Shown here piece by piece: positions 23,897-37,632 of a DNA stretch of 64,000 bases (within the stretch, counting starts at the first letter, position 1; every line of letters begins with the position of its first letter). This stretch comes from Octopus sinensis (lineage: Eukaryota). The position numbers and the translations under genes were made by a program. The stretch spans positions 62,062,001 to 62,126,000 of the forward strand of contig NC_043008.1 in the NCBI RefSeq assembly GCF_006345805.1, given 5' to 3'. The notes beneath the pieces are model-generated. The model ran no database searches. It saw only the letters and a program-made list of their open reading frames with translations, and was not told where the DNA came from.

Positions 23897-25777
23897 CGAT
23901 GATTATGATGATGATGATGATGATAATGATGATAATAATATGCTATGAAGAGAATACATATGTCACAAACACAGTTTTCGGTGAATATGATTTATCGTTT
24001 ATACTTTGTTTAAAACATTTTACAACTTCGTACCTTTTTAACTTCAGATACAAAATTTATGGTATTTCTCTAGAATATTCTTTATATGTTATTTATTTTG
24101 TAAAAGTTTCGTTTACTTGTAGAAAGAAATATAGCTTCGCCGTCTGTTGAGAGGTGCTAACTTTATAAGTACTAGCTGTTGCACGTCTCCAAACATTTGA
24201 CACAAAAAGTTTAGCAAGCTATAAAAAATATAATTATGGACTCTAAAAAAGGAAAAAAAATTTTGAACATGACGGTTAAATAGTTATAATTATAAAAAAT
24301 ATATCATACACATATTGACACTTGGTAAAGTAACTCAGTAAACAGAAACGAAGAGATTTATAATGTAAACAATGAACAGGTAAAGGGAAAAAAAAACAAT
24401 TTTCACTAGACAGACAACAGCAAAAATATTTATTCTACAAAGCTTACTCGAACAGAAGCTCTCAAATTTAAGACAATTCTCCGAGAGACAAATGCAGGAG
24501 ACGTATATCACGAATAATTCAACCCCCGTAGCCCATAGCTTTCTGTAAGAAAACAAAAGGAGGAGTCTTCCATATATCTGGTTCTCATAAAGCCTAGTTT
24601 TCAAAACGGTTGAGGAGATTAAACTAGAGCTAGTTTTCAAAACGGGGATGAGATGAAACACAGGGTCGGTGCGATGCGGATTTACAAAAAAGGTCATAGA
24701 GCAATATAGAGATTTAGAATTATAGACAAATTATACATATATATATATATATATATCACGGGATCACGTGACCGACCAGACCATCAGATGTTGTTACACA
24801 TCGCTGGTCACAATTCATTCGCATTGTATTAGCCTTTGAATGACGCCACCCCGCTGGCTAAGCGAGCAAGCCAATATATATATATATATATATATATATA
24901 CACCACCTAAAATATAATTACACCAACTCAAGCACTGACGGAACATAAAATACAAGATCATGATCAACAACCAGAGTTCAAGTTGAGGAATTAAGGAGGA
25001 AGAATAAAAATTAGGAGAGCGTATAAAGAATTTGAAGAAATTCATTATCAACCCCGAAAAGATTAAAGGCAAAGTCGACTTCGGCGGAATTTTAGCCTAG
25101 AACGTAGCGATGGGTGAACTACCGTTAAGCATTCTGCCCAGTGTGCTAACGATTCTACCAGTAACCCTCCTTCATAAATAGCGATACATTGAAAGACTGA
25201 ATAATGTTATACTTCTAGTGGCAGTGGCAGAATCGAGGACAACTCACATTGTTCCATATCTTACACAAAAAATGGAAAATTCACTACATAAGATAGAATC
25301 AAAAACACAAGAAAGACAAAATTAAATTTACTGAAAATGTAAAGGGATAAAAATTGTAATAAAATATAATTTCTATAGAAAAAAAAAACGGAGTTCAGTT
25401 TAGAAGTATGCAAAAGGTTTAAGCAACTCATCTCAGTTAAAGCTAAAATGTGCGAGATGACAAGCATCGAAAATCGTGAACGCTTCTTCCGAGAGAACTA
25501 AGTATTTGGATGAAATATCAGGAAAAGAAAGAAATGGTTATCTCAGTTTCCTGCACCCGATAACTATTGAACTATGTCTCCCTATTTTTATGAACACTCC
25601 TTGAACCATTTGTACCTCAACATGCTTCTGTGCTTCACTGAAATTCGTTACTTGCTTTTGTCATGAACTGAGTAAATTTCCTACAAAGCTAACAGTGCTG
25701 AACTCTGGAAAAACTATAAATAAACAGCAAATTCATACATATACACATATTTATATGTGTGTACGTATATATATATG

Positions 25778-25823
<46 letters not shown>

Positions 25824-25856
25824 CATATATATATATACATATACATATGCATATAC

Positions 25857-25889
<33 letters not shown>

Positions 25890-25998
25890 ATATATATACA
25901 TATATATATATATGTATATATCTATACATATACATACATATATATATATATAATATATTATATATATATATATTATATATACATATATATATATATAC

Positions 25999-26052
<54 letters not shown>

Positions 26053-26559
26053 GTACATTGTATACATAACTTACATGCATATATTACATGAATTACATGC
26101 ATTTTATCGTGCATAGGTTGGTAAGACAAAGAGGCGGAAGGTAGAAAGAGAGAAAGAAGGAGAAAGTGATAAACACCAACCAACTTGAAAACTAAAAAAG
26201 AGATCAAATTTTCTGGCAAGGATCAAATCGTGCATCTTTGCCTTATATCGAGAACATCCTACCTGTCACACTGCACAGTTGCTTGTACAATATTGCTCTA
26301 TTAAGAAGTAATTTATGCATTGCGTTTCAGATTAATCCATGATTACGTGACAATTTGAATATAAAACATCTAGTTTTCTTGGAAATATAAGCGTGTATGT
26401 GTGTGTGTGTATGTGTGTGTTGCCTGTGTTAATTTTGTATCATTGACGTAGCTAGAGACGGTGGCTGTATGCATGACTATGAGCACATCTGTGAGAGCTG
26501 CTATAAAAGCTACTGTCCCTAAGACAGCTCCTTCAGTATGTGACTCAGAATTTTTGTTT

Positions 26560-26720
26560 CTTCAGATAGGGCACCTTTGGCTGCAACAACCTGGTCTTGC
26601 CATTTCGGAAGCCATTCAGGCATTTTCTTAATTTACCTGCTTTGCCAGGGTTTCGCAGCATGTGATATATCTTGTCATGAGACACAGTAACAAGGGCCTT
26701 TCGTAAGTCAAGATATATCA
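26560..26720 (-). pseudogene. Reverse transcriptase fragment of a CR1/L2-type LINE
   Basis: INMIYLDLRKALVTVSHDKIYHMLRNPG resembles the non-LTR RT motif (D/V)VIYLDF.KAFD.V.H. Confidence 0.7.
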
Positions 26721-26802
26721 TGTTGATATCTAAATGGGTGTGCATGCATACGCATGTGCATGTGTGTATAAATAAATAAATAAATAAATAAATATATGCT
26801 CT

Positions 26803-27100
26803 TTTACCTGTCTCAGTCATTTTACTTATTCTATCGGTCTCTTTTGTCGATCCGCTAGATTACGGGGACGTAAACACGCCAGCATCGGTTGTCAAGCGAT
26901 ATTGAGGGGAGGGGACAAATACAGACACACTATCATATACACACATACATACATACGACGGGCTTCTTTCAGTTTCCGTCTACCAAATCCACTCACAAAG
27001 CTTTGGTTGGGCCGAGGCTATAGTAAAAGACACTTGCCAAAGATGCCACGCAGTGGGACTGAACCCGGAATCAAGCTACTTAACACACAGCCACTGCTAC
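26803..27100 (-). mobile_element. SINE family B with internal deletions
   Basis: Colinear blocks with 13313-13730. Confidence 0.85.
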
Positions 27101-27121
27101 ACCTATATATATGTATATATA

Positions 27122-27182
<61 letters not shown>

Positions 27183-27262
27183 CATACATACATACATACA
27201 TACATACATACATACATACATACATAGAAACATACACAGTAGTGATGCTAATAACCTTTTGA

Positions 27263-27343
27263 AGCTCCGACGAAGCTTTGGTGGGATACGCAAGCACTGA
27301 ACTATACGTGCATTGTATCTTGTCCAAAAAACAACTGTAAGTT
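27263..27343 (+). ncRNA. Decayed hammerhead-like motif (same stem III family as 58078-58126)
   Basis: AGCT CCGACGA A ...GGATAC..GCAC..GTGC..GTATC.. AAAAAC AACT GTA AGTT; two core positions are altered. Confidence 0.4.
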
Positions 27344-27471
27344 AATGAAGTTCACTACATATTTTCTTGTTCCATTGTCTTTTATATACCTTGTATGTGT
27401 GTGTGTGTGTGCGCGTATGTATGTGTGTATCAAGATAGATTAATACAAATACTGATATAGCGACACATAGA

Positions 27472-27512
<41 letters not shown>

Positions 27513-27793
27513 CAACGCTTGAAATGCTGAATTCTTGGCAGTGAGTTGTTTATTATTCAGAATCACATGCTGAAAACAAACAGGCATGTATTTTTGCGTC
27601 TCTCAAATTCCAAGTAATGGAATTTTGTGTCAAGTTGCTGATACGAATACTTAAGTTCCGGAATACATTTTAGTGTACTTTATTTCATTTTTACCCCTAT
27701 GGTATCTATCGAGTTATATAGATAGTTACAGACTGTCTACCTACACACAATACATCTGATTCTCTGCGTCCAATTATATATGTATATATATAC

Positions 27794-27824
<31 letters not shown>

Positions 27825-29327
27825 AAGTTATATGTGTGTGCGTATGATATTATATTATGCTATATTATGTTATGTATTTATGTGTGTGTTTAAATGGACA
27901 ATTTATACTTTGTACGACTTTGTGTATAGCTGTATGTATGTATGTATGTATGTATGTATGTATGTATGTATGTGTTTATGCATGAATAGCAAAACTTGGA
28001 AGTGAAAGTGAAAGCAATGGAGAGAAAATTGTTGGAAAAGTAAAGAGAAGACACATAAAAATAGAGTGAACTTATTAGATGTAAATAATTAAATTAGTTG
28101 TCGCTTACACAAAAATTAAACCTGTATTGATATCTTCTAAAGCCAGCCATTATTCCATTTCTTACTGTCTGGATTTTTATTCTCTTTTTTTTTTCTATTC
28201 ATTTATATATGCTCTAAGGTAAAAAGATCTTTATGGCTGCCTGTTAGTCTGTATACCTGTCAGTATGTATCTTGTAACATGAGTATCGTTTCTAGCGAGA
28301 TGTAAATATATGAAGAAGATATCAGATTGGACGGTGGTTATGACAAGTCATTGTAGAAGATATGTTTTATGCAATGTATTTTGTTTTCGTTGTTGCTGCT
28401 GTTGTTGTTGAAGTCGCAGTAATTGTTTTCGTTGTTGTTGTTGTTGTTGTTGTTATTATTGTAGTTATTGTTTCCGTTGTTGTTGTTGTAGTTATTGTTT
28501 TCGTTCTTGTTGTATAATGCCTTCAGCTAAAACATCTTCCAGAAATAACAGCATTTTACTTGTTTTGTATTTTTTTCAGTTTTGGTTTTTCGCTTTCATT
28601 GTTTCTTTTTTTTTTTCGTTCATGATTATTAGAGTCGCATTGCAATGAATAATGCTAACAATTTCTTTTATTATTTTCTAGCCTTGAGATTAACAGTAGA
28701 GAACCAAAACCTAAACAAACAATAATCAATACGTAAATAACAAAAAACGATAAATACAGACAAATTAACAAGCATTGATTAATAAACGATATGTTCATAC
28801 AATCTTTAGTTTGGAAGCTATTGATCTATTTTTGATAAGATATGTCATTATTTCTGTAAGCAGGTGTTAACTAAAAGCAACTGAAACTCTTCGCTCAGAA
28901 TCTATGATCTTAGTCTGGAGGAAGTTTTCCTTGTCTCAGAAACATTCTAATATTTCTTAATGCTTTTCATGTTATCGTATACTTATCAGAATATCTGATT
29001 CTTCTAAAACAGGTGTCGGAAAGGTAATGTATACGAAAGCATTTCAATCATACTAAAGTTGTTGGAATTTAATGAAGTTGTACACTGAATTCAAATATTG
29101 TCAAACCAATCTTCCTCTCAATTAGTTGTAATTTTAAAATTTCCTCATATCAGGAATAATAATATTCTCATACAATTGTTCTAAGTTTTGCAGCCAAAAT
29201 TTGGATTAATATATTTATTGATCTCTTTTTCAATCCTAATTCAACCCACTTGAATAGATTTTATCGTAGTGGTATAGTAATTTCTGTGACTTTACCTCAA
29301 TAAACGTCGTCTTGTCCCGGCATGTGT

Positions 29328-29570
29328 GAAGGCGCATGGCCTAGTGGTTTGGGATGTTGTACTGACGGTCGCATGATCGTGGTTTCAGTTCATGGACCGG
29401 GTAGTGCGTTGTTTTGAGATCATTTCGACACCTGATGTGTGGCACACCTGTTCAGGCAACAGCTATTTGATGGATGAAGCGGGCTAATATACAATACAAA
29501 CGTTTGGTCACTATAAACAAATCATTTTTGCAGGTTCTTCACCAATAAATTGCAGAAACCTCTTTCTCGG
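29328..29570 (+). mobile_element. tRNA-headed SINE with a different body
   Basis: TGAAGGCGCATGGCCTAGTGG A-box and GGTTTCAGTTC B-box-like motif; the body is unlike families A-D. Confidence 0.55.
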
Positions 29571-30214
29571 ACTACTTGAGACTACTATTATATCATCTCT
29601 GGTTATCGCATATCAAGAGTAAAAAGGAACGCTTTGATTTAGAACTTAACTTATGAAATATGACTCGAAATGCATGCATTTATATATATATAACAGAATT
29701 TGTTTCTAAAATCTATCCTTCATTTTTTCATAGAGTTTTCTTGAGTCAACATGAAATAAAGACGCATAATAACAGATTTATTAAGAAGGCTCAGTGTATA
29801 TATTTTATCATTATAAAATACCTACTGTCTTAGATTTTGAAGAAGCACAATTTTCTTTTTGATGTATGCACACATACATACTTATACATATTTACATATA
29901 TTTTTATATGCATTTATATTTATTTATTTATATAATTTTAATACAATAACTATTTTCATACGGCTATATCTTTATGAGGAGTTTGGATATTAATTTTCTT
30001 ATTTTAATAATAATAATGTATTATTAAAAAATATATATGTATGCACACAGAAATTCCAAAAGATTTATAAGTATGAAAACCATCAATAAATCTGAGGGTT
30101 CTAGCGAAAGTAATACAAAATCGGGTATAGCATTTAACGAACTGGCATAAGTCGCACACATTTCAGGTAATGAGAGAGAAACGCCACCTCCATGGAATGG
30201 CATTATTGAATATA

Positions 30215-30446
30215 TATTTCTTTATTGCCCACAAGGGGCTAAACATAGAGGGGACAAACAAGAACAGATAAAGGGATAAAGTCGATTACATTGACCCCAG
30301 TGCGAAACTGGTACTCTATTTATCGACCCCGAAAGGATGAAAGGCAAAGTCGACCTCGGCGGAATTTGAACTCAGAACGTAACGGTAGACGAAATACGGC
30401 TACGCATTTAGCCCGGTGTGCTAAAGTTTCTGCCAGCTCGCCGCCT
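30215..30446 (-). mobile_element. SINE family A, full length with 12-bp TSD
   Basis: TSD TTATTGAATATA at 30203-30214 and 30447-30458. Confidence 0.92.
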
Positions 30447-32309
30447 TTATTGAATATAGTTTCCAATGCATTTTCACTACTGTTGAACTGACTTCTCGAA
30501 TCTATGATAAAATGAAGATATGCTTTGCTGTACCTACTTCTCCTTAGCCATTGTCACCTCGTGTGTGTCTCAAAATTTTGTCCTTGAAAATTGTCTCTCA
30601 TTTAAACGAACAGGTGGATGTCGTTTCGCTCACTTTCTTCTTCTAAACAACTTGTATAATTTTAAGTCTCCTTGACTCCTCGCTGTTCACAATAAAGCCA
30701 CATTCCAGAACATCAAGGAGGCTGAAACTATTGTCATCCCACCTCACAACAAATTTGTCACTATGATTTTCTTACTAATTGCTGGCTCTTGAATTCTACC
30801 AACATGCGCACTTTGAAAGAATTGTGTCAATTAATAACAAGATTTTCTCCACTTTTGCATTCTTTGCAGTACAACTTTCGTATCTTAAGTAACTCATTAA
30901 TTTCACCAAAATTTCAACATCTCACTCAACAGAATTTATGAAAAAGCGACAGCTAAGACTTGGTCATGACATTATGTGAACCTGTACATTGAATTTAATA
31001 TGTAAATTATATTACAACTGAATAGTAATATTTATTAAAGGTGTATGAATTCCAGTATATTTCATACAAGGCAAAAGTCCGGTGAGACATTAAATATCTT
31101 ATTCTTCTGGGACATATATAATATGTGCCTGGAAAGATATTGGAATAATTCGTCAGAAATTACACGATAACTTTTATATTAAGTTTCTGGAATACCACCA
31201 GATTATTATATAGATTATTTGCAAATAGTAATTCGACTGTAATGGAGGTGACATGTACTTCTAGACAAGCGATTCTTTACAAATTTAAACTACTAGCATG
31301 CAATTACAGAGCACAGCTTTCTTCTCTCTTCTACTGACGTCGTTACAATTTTCTAACGTAATCAGACAGGTGGAAGAGCTGAAGAAACGTAATGTGAGTT
31401 TGTGTAGTAAACAACTTGTAACATATTCCTCAATGAATTGTGGTTATTCTGAAAGTTGTAAAAGAGTAAGTTGAAGCATGGCATATTGCTTTTTTTAATA
31501 AATTACGTGAGTTTAATCAATTTGTTTGTTAAATGCTCTTTTCTTGGTTTCAGCTGTTAATTTTGAGTCCCTCGCATAAGATAAGGTGATTCTAAATAAA
31601 ATATAAAATTTTATTGGTTTAAAACAAAATACTTTAGGAAATACAGTGAGCATCTAACTCTCCAGTGTGACGCTATTCTGTATAGTCTGGCTTTGGCCTA
31701 TGGTTCATGATTAGTGTTTCCGGAGTAATTTTGTTTTGAAGAGTTCCTCTTTCTACCTCAGAATAAACATGAGATTCGAACGATATGATTGCAACTATAT
31801 GTCTTGCGGATGAATGGGAATCGTTAGGAAAATAAACGATGGCACATTAGGTTATGACCGACTGCACAAGGGAACAGAAGACAACAACAAAAAAAGATTG
31901 AATAAATTTAACAAAAATTAGAGATCGGAAATTTATATATCCGAAATTATTGAGAAATATAATGAAAAACAGAAGAATGGAAGCAATGGCTGGTTTGAGT
32001 GGTTGACTGAGAAGAATATGGTTATTTAGAAATAAAAATTTGCTTTGTTTCTAAAAATCCAGTCTTTCATTTGAAGGCTAAAATCTCGTATGTCGTACAT
32101 GCTTGTGATGTTTAGCTCCAACTTATAAGTACATACATACATATATACACATAAACTCATACATGCGTACACCCATCCATATATACGTACATATATCTAT
32201 CTATCTGTCTATATAAATATATGTGTGTGTGTGTGTGTGTGTATATGTATGTATATATATATACGAGTATACATATATGTATATGAGTATATATATGTAT
32301 ATATAATTT

Positions 32310-32520
32310 TAATCCAAACGGGAAACAAAAAAACAACAACAATGGAACAATTACAGTGTTATTATTAATAGGCGCTCAGGAAATGGAAGCAGGGAGGTAT
32401 GACGTTTCGAGCGGAGCTCTTCGTCGGAAACATAAAGAAGGAAGAGAGAGGAAAGAAAGATCCCAGAGCGGGCAACAGGGAAAGAGAAAAAAGACGACTG
32501 GTGTTTACGAGTTGCACATG
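32310..32520 (-). mobile_element. Hammerhead-bearing short element, copy 2 (motif 32397-32431)
   Basis: Minus strand reads GTTT CCGACGA A GAGC TCC GCTC GAAAC GTC ATAC; GUC triplet, core U4 changed to C. Confidence 0.65.
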
Positions 32521-32693
32521 GTGAAAGCAATGTATATATATATATATATATATATATACAAATACACTGGTGTATGTATTATGTGAGAATGTACGAAGGA
32601 AAAATATAAATAATTATATGTCTTGATTTACAAGTAAAAAGTTATCTGTATAGCTTTAACTGAAATATGAAGTCACTTTATACATGTGCATTG

Positions 32694-33150
32694 ATACCAC
32701 AGATTTGCTTGTCAGCTGTTTGACCGTAACCAGTTGAGCATGTCCCTTATAGGCTGACGATATGTGCATCTCTGATCCCGAGCAGAAGTAGAGGGAGAGC
32801 ATCATAGCCGTGTGTTGAGAGAAATTAATTAGCGTTTGGATAATTCACATTTGAATACATGTTTCCATAAGGGAATTATTCAAACCCCAAAGAATCCCTC
32901 TCTACACACGGCTATGATGCTCCCCCACTACTTCTGCTCGTGATCAGAGATGCACATATCGTCAGCCTTTAACGGACATGTTCAACTCGTTAAGGTCAAA
33001 CAACTGACAAGCAAATCTGTGGTATTGAGCAGAATATTTGCTGTAGCCCATCTTTTATAGCAAGACAAAACAATGTACATGATAACACTTCCAATCAGTT
33101 AAGACCAGGAGCAATGAGAGCCACTGTCTGGTACTGCATCAGGGCATTTA
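32694..33150 (-). mobile_element. (TAA)n-anchored element comprising a TATA-containing leader and a 332-bp foldback
   Basis: Inverted repeat 32694-33025 (ATACCACAGATTTGCTTGTCAG... / ...CTGACAAGCAAATCTGTGGTAT), stem ~150 bp. Minus-strand TATAAAAG at 33052-33059; (TTA)n at 33148-33195. Confidence 0.75.
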
Positions 33151-33153
33151 TTA

Positions 33154-33194
<41 letters not shown>

Positions 33195-33252
33195 TCATAT
33201 GTACATGTATCTATACATATATAGATATGTGTATGTATGTATATATATATAT

Positions 33253-33405
<153 letters not shown>

Positions 33406-33869
33406 CGTATTACTTCATGCAAAGCAGACTGTGTTTTGGAACTTTTATTTCCTTGCCAAAACATGATTAAATATATTTGTCTCGCTTCAGCTCTGAAAGT
33501 TCTTCTAAAAATTAATAACCACATATTTTGTACATTTTATCTTTGAGAGTAAGTCAATTTGAACAAGAGACATTTGTAAAGCATTAACATTTGAAAAGCA
33601 CTGAAAGAGAACACGAAATATTTTATCTCTATTAGTAAGACTAACATAGCCGAGTATAATATAGATATTATAGCAGAATTCTATATTGGCTTCAATTGAA
33701 TATTCATAAATATTCTTAGCTTCATATACATGTATATAATATGTGTGTATGCGTGCATGTGTATGCTTATATCTATAAATGTATACGTACACGCTTATAA
33801 ACATAAATAAGGATACACACACATGTGCATATATATATATATATGCATATATATGTGTGTGTCTCTCTC

Positions 33870-33972
<103 letters not shown>

Positions 33973-34529
33973 TATATATACATATATATATAGTTGAGTA
34001 TTCATTTATTTGATTCTCACATTTAGCTGAGTTTGTGCGTCGATACCAGCTTATCAGAGTTTACCAAATGGAAGGTCAATGATTAATATCTCGGCCGTGA
34101 GAATCACATCTGACTTGGTTGACAGAGAGTCAGAAAGTCAGAAAGCCAGACAACAGATCGAAGGTCTGTATCTTTTTTTCTAACACTCTGATGTATTACG
34201 TAAACAATCTTATGTCTAGTTATGTACAAAGTAGTTTAAAACATTCATGTAACTGAAATCAGAAAATCATTATAATCGTCCTCTTTTTCCAGTGTTTGTT
34301 CACAGCCCGGAGAACGAATATCCGACACCAGTTCATCTTCTATGTGCCTCTTTGAATGTCCCTACGTATTAGAGTGAATAGTTTAGTTCAGTTTTCTTGT
34401 CTCTTGAAACTAGCCCCAACTTCATTGCTGTAGTTTGCTTTGTCTTGCAGGGTGTCTTTATTATAATCTATTATAATCTAAGTGCCGTATTACCTGATAT
34501 AATATTCTAAGGAATTAATGGTTTAAAAC

Positions 34530-35120
34530 TGCAAGCATATTGACGTAAATAATCATTTTCTGAAGGATTGACTAATGCCGGTGAAAAATTCAAGGAGGGA
34601 ATCCTTAATTAAACTTGCGAAGTGAATCTGATTATTATCAAGATGTTGAAGAATGCTGGATATGTTTCTGTCATATTAGATTTCATAAATGAAGCACAGT
34701 CCAACCATGGCTTCCTCATCTTAAAACTACACGCAATATAGTGGGTTTTGAAAATGAATACTGTGTGGCGTTATGAATTCAGAGTATAAGTAGGAAAAAG
34801 ATTCTTTCAGAGCATTTTCTCTGTCAACCAATTGCAAGCATATTGACGAAAATATTCATTTTCTGAAGGACTGACTAATTCCTGTGAAAAATTCAAGGAG
34901 GTGAATCCTTAATTAAACTTGCGAAGTGAATCTGATTATTAGCAAGATGTTGAAGAATGCTGGATATTATTCTGTCATATTAGATTTCATAAATGAAGCA
35001 CAGTCCAACCATGGCTTCCTCGTCTTAAAACTACACGCAATATAGTGGGTTTTGAAAAGAAATACTGAGTGGCGTTATGAATTCAGAGTATAAATAGGAA
35101 AAAGATTCTTTTAGAGCAAT
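34530..35120. repeat. Two-copy tandem duplication, period 303 bp, roughly 90-95% identical
   Basis: TGCAAGCATATTGACG at 34530 and 34833; colinear through GAAAAAGATTCTTT.AGAGCA. Confidence 0.9.
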
Positions 35121-35954
35121 TTTATTTGTTATTTCGCTTGCTTTTTCAACTTCATCATATGATGTGATGCTTCTCATTTAGATTCTTCATCTGTTACTCT
35201 AGTAAAATAGACAACCATTCTTATCACTTTGCTTTCAGCCCATATATTACAAGGCAATATAAGACGACTAAGAGTACGTTTGCTTTCTTAGAATCTGCTA
35301 CTTTATATCTCTCGTAGTCGGTGATAGAACGTAAGTTATTCTGTCAAATTCTCTGTATAATGAATGGGATTCCTTTAGCAGTACGTAAAATGCTTCGAAA
35401 CTTCTATTTCTATCTTGCATAAGAAGACAAATCGTATTGGCAGTTATATTGCACTCAGCATATCCTTGGTTCCCTTGGTGTTGGTGCTAGAAGCTACGGT
35501 TAGCTGTTGGTGTGCTGATATCATTAACGAGAAACTTCTAGTTCAGCAACATCATCAATAAAGTAAAGAGCAGAGACGTATGACATACATTCATTGTAGT
35601 CTCTTTCCTTTGGTAACTTTTTCGACAACAACCAATGTACTGTGTACCAAGTTTTAAACAATGAACGAATAGCTGTAAGTCACATGAAAGATATATTTCT
35701 TACCGAACAACAATAATATGTTCGCAACTGAACAATACAAATATCTAACTAAAGAAACAGTTTAAAACGCAATAAAACTTCGAGTCATCGGCTTTCTTTG
35801 CTGGGAAAAATCTTGGACGACCATTGCTGAGTGTCTCAAATGGAGAGCAGCATCTTGAAATCAATAGTATACAACGTATACGGCAATGTGATGTTCCCCA
35901 GTATCGGTTGCTCGATAAATCAGCGAAGCGGGGTAATATATAGGTGGGGTGTAC

Positions 35955-36197
35955 TCTTTACGCTTTTTACTCTTTTACTTGTTGCAGTCATTTGACTGCA
36001 GCCATGCTGGAGCACCGCCTTTAGTGGAGCAAATTGACCTCAGGACTTATTCTTTGTAAGCCTAGTACTTATTCTATCGTTCTCTTTTGCCGAACCGCTA
36101 AGCTACGGGGACCTAAACACACTGACATCAGTTGTCAAGCGATGTTGGGGAACAAACACTGACACACAAACACATACATACATACATACATACACAC

Positions 36198-36265
<68 letters not shown>

Positions 36266-36360
36266 TACGATGGGCTTCTTTCAGTTTCCATCTACCAAAT
36301 CCACTCACAAGGCACCACGCAGTGGGTTTGAACCCGGAACCATGTGGCTGGTAAGCAAGC
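35955..36360 (-). mobile_element. SINE family B with internal deletion
   Basis: Colinear with the other family B copies; internal (CA)n(TA)n. Confidence 0.85.
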
Positions 36361-36746
36361 TGAGACGTGTTATTGCCCTATCTCTTTTTCAGGGCCCTCA
36401 AGAACCTGGCCTGAATGCTTGTAACAGAATCAATTAAATCTGCTGAAGGCACTCGAGCCTCAGTTGCTAATGTGAAACCCAACGCCAGATGTAATAAAGC
36501 AGCGAGAGGACGAGAAAGACTACTATGACTGCGATGAGCCACCAAACTTTGTCCACATGTCTATGGTCGAGATAAAGCTATGGTACATAATACTCACTTA
36601 AGGTGCTGGGCTGAGGAATCGAACTCATTCCATGCTATTCCGAAGCAATCTTTGAAATCACAAAAGCAATATTTCCAGGGTTCTAGGAGAAGTTAACTGA
36701 GCAAAGCACGATAATGACACTATCATTAACCATTTAATGTCATTCT

Positions 36747-37131
36747 GGAGGCGCAATGGCCCAGTGGTTAGGGCAGCGGACTCGCGGTCATAGGATCGCG
36801 GTTTCGATCCCCAGACCGGGCGTTGTGAGTGGTTATTGAGCGAAAACACCTAAAGCTCCACGAGGCTCCGGCAGGGATGGTGGTGATCCCTGCTGTACTC
36901 TTTCACCACAACTTTCTCTGACTCTTACTTCCTGTTTCTGTTGTACCTGTATTTCAAAGGGCCGGCCTTGTCACTCTCTGTGTCACGCTGAATATCCCCG
37001 AGAATTACGTTAAGGGTACACGTGTCTGTGGAGTGCTCAGCCACTTACACGTTAATTTCACGAGCAGGCTGTTCCGTTGATCGGATCGACCGGAACCCTC
37101 GTCGTCGTAACCGACGGAGTGCTTCCACCAC
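36747..37131 (+). mobile_element. SINE family C, full length with 11-bp TSD
   Basis: TSD AATGTCATTCT at 36736-36746 and 37132-37142. Confidence 0.92.
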
Positions 37132-37299
37132 AATGTCATTCTAAATGCTTTCAACAGTGCACAGTGTGACAGTAGTATAGAGCTGCTAGATAGCCTGAAT
37201 TAGCAAGAGTAAAAGGCCCTGATCGGACACATACAACAACAGTAAGAATGATAATGAAATATGAATAATAAGGAAATATGAATAATAAGGAAGCAAGTA

Positions 37300-37632
37300 T
37301 CTGAGTCCCCCTTCGGTCACGACACAGACCATGGGATTGCTACCCTCCCAGGCGCAAGTCCGAGCAAGGTTGTTTATGGAAGACCAGCAGTCGCCCATGC
37401 GTACCGGCCTCCTCTCTCCACGCTACCAGTGTTACCCTAGGGAAAGGCAAAGGCCGATACAGCTTGGCACCTGTGACGTCGCAACTCATTTATACAGCTG
37501 AGTGAACTGTAGCAACGTGATATAAAGTGTCTTGCTCAAGAACACACCACGCAGCCCGTTCCGGGATTGGAGCTCACAACCTCACGATCGTAAGCTCGAC
37601 GCTCAAACCACCGAGCCATGCACCTTCACAGA
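37300..37632 (-). mobile_element. SINE family D, full length
   Basis: Reverse complement is colinear with 5969-6305. Confidence 0.85.

Noticed and set aside
24165-24730. Helitron-like element starting TACTAGCTG
   Set aside because: No clear 3' hairpin-CTRR terminus and no second copy in the window.
35379-35498. Hydrophobic 120-nt exon candidate (QYVKCF...LVLVLEAT)
   Set aside because: Phase is incompatible with the adjacent candidate exon, the implied intron is only 48 nt, and no family is recognised.
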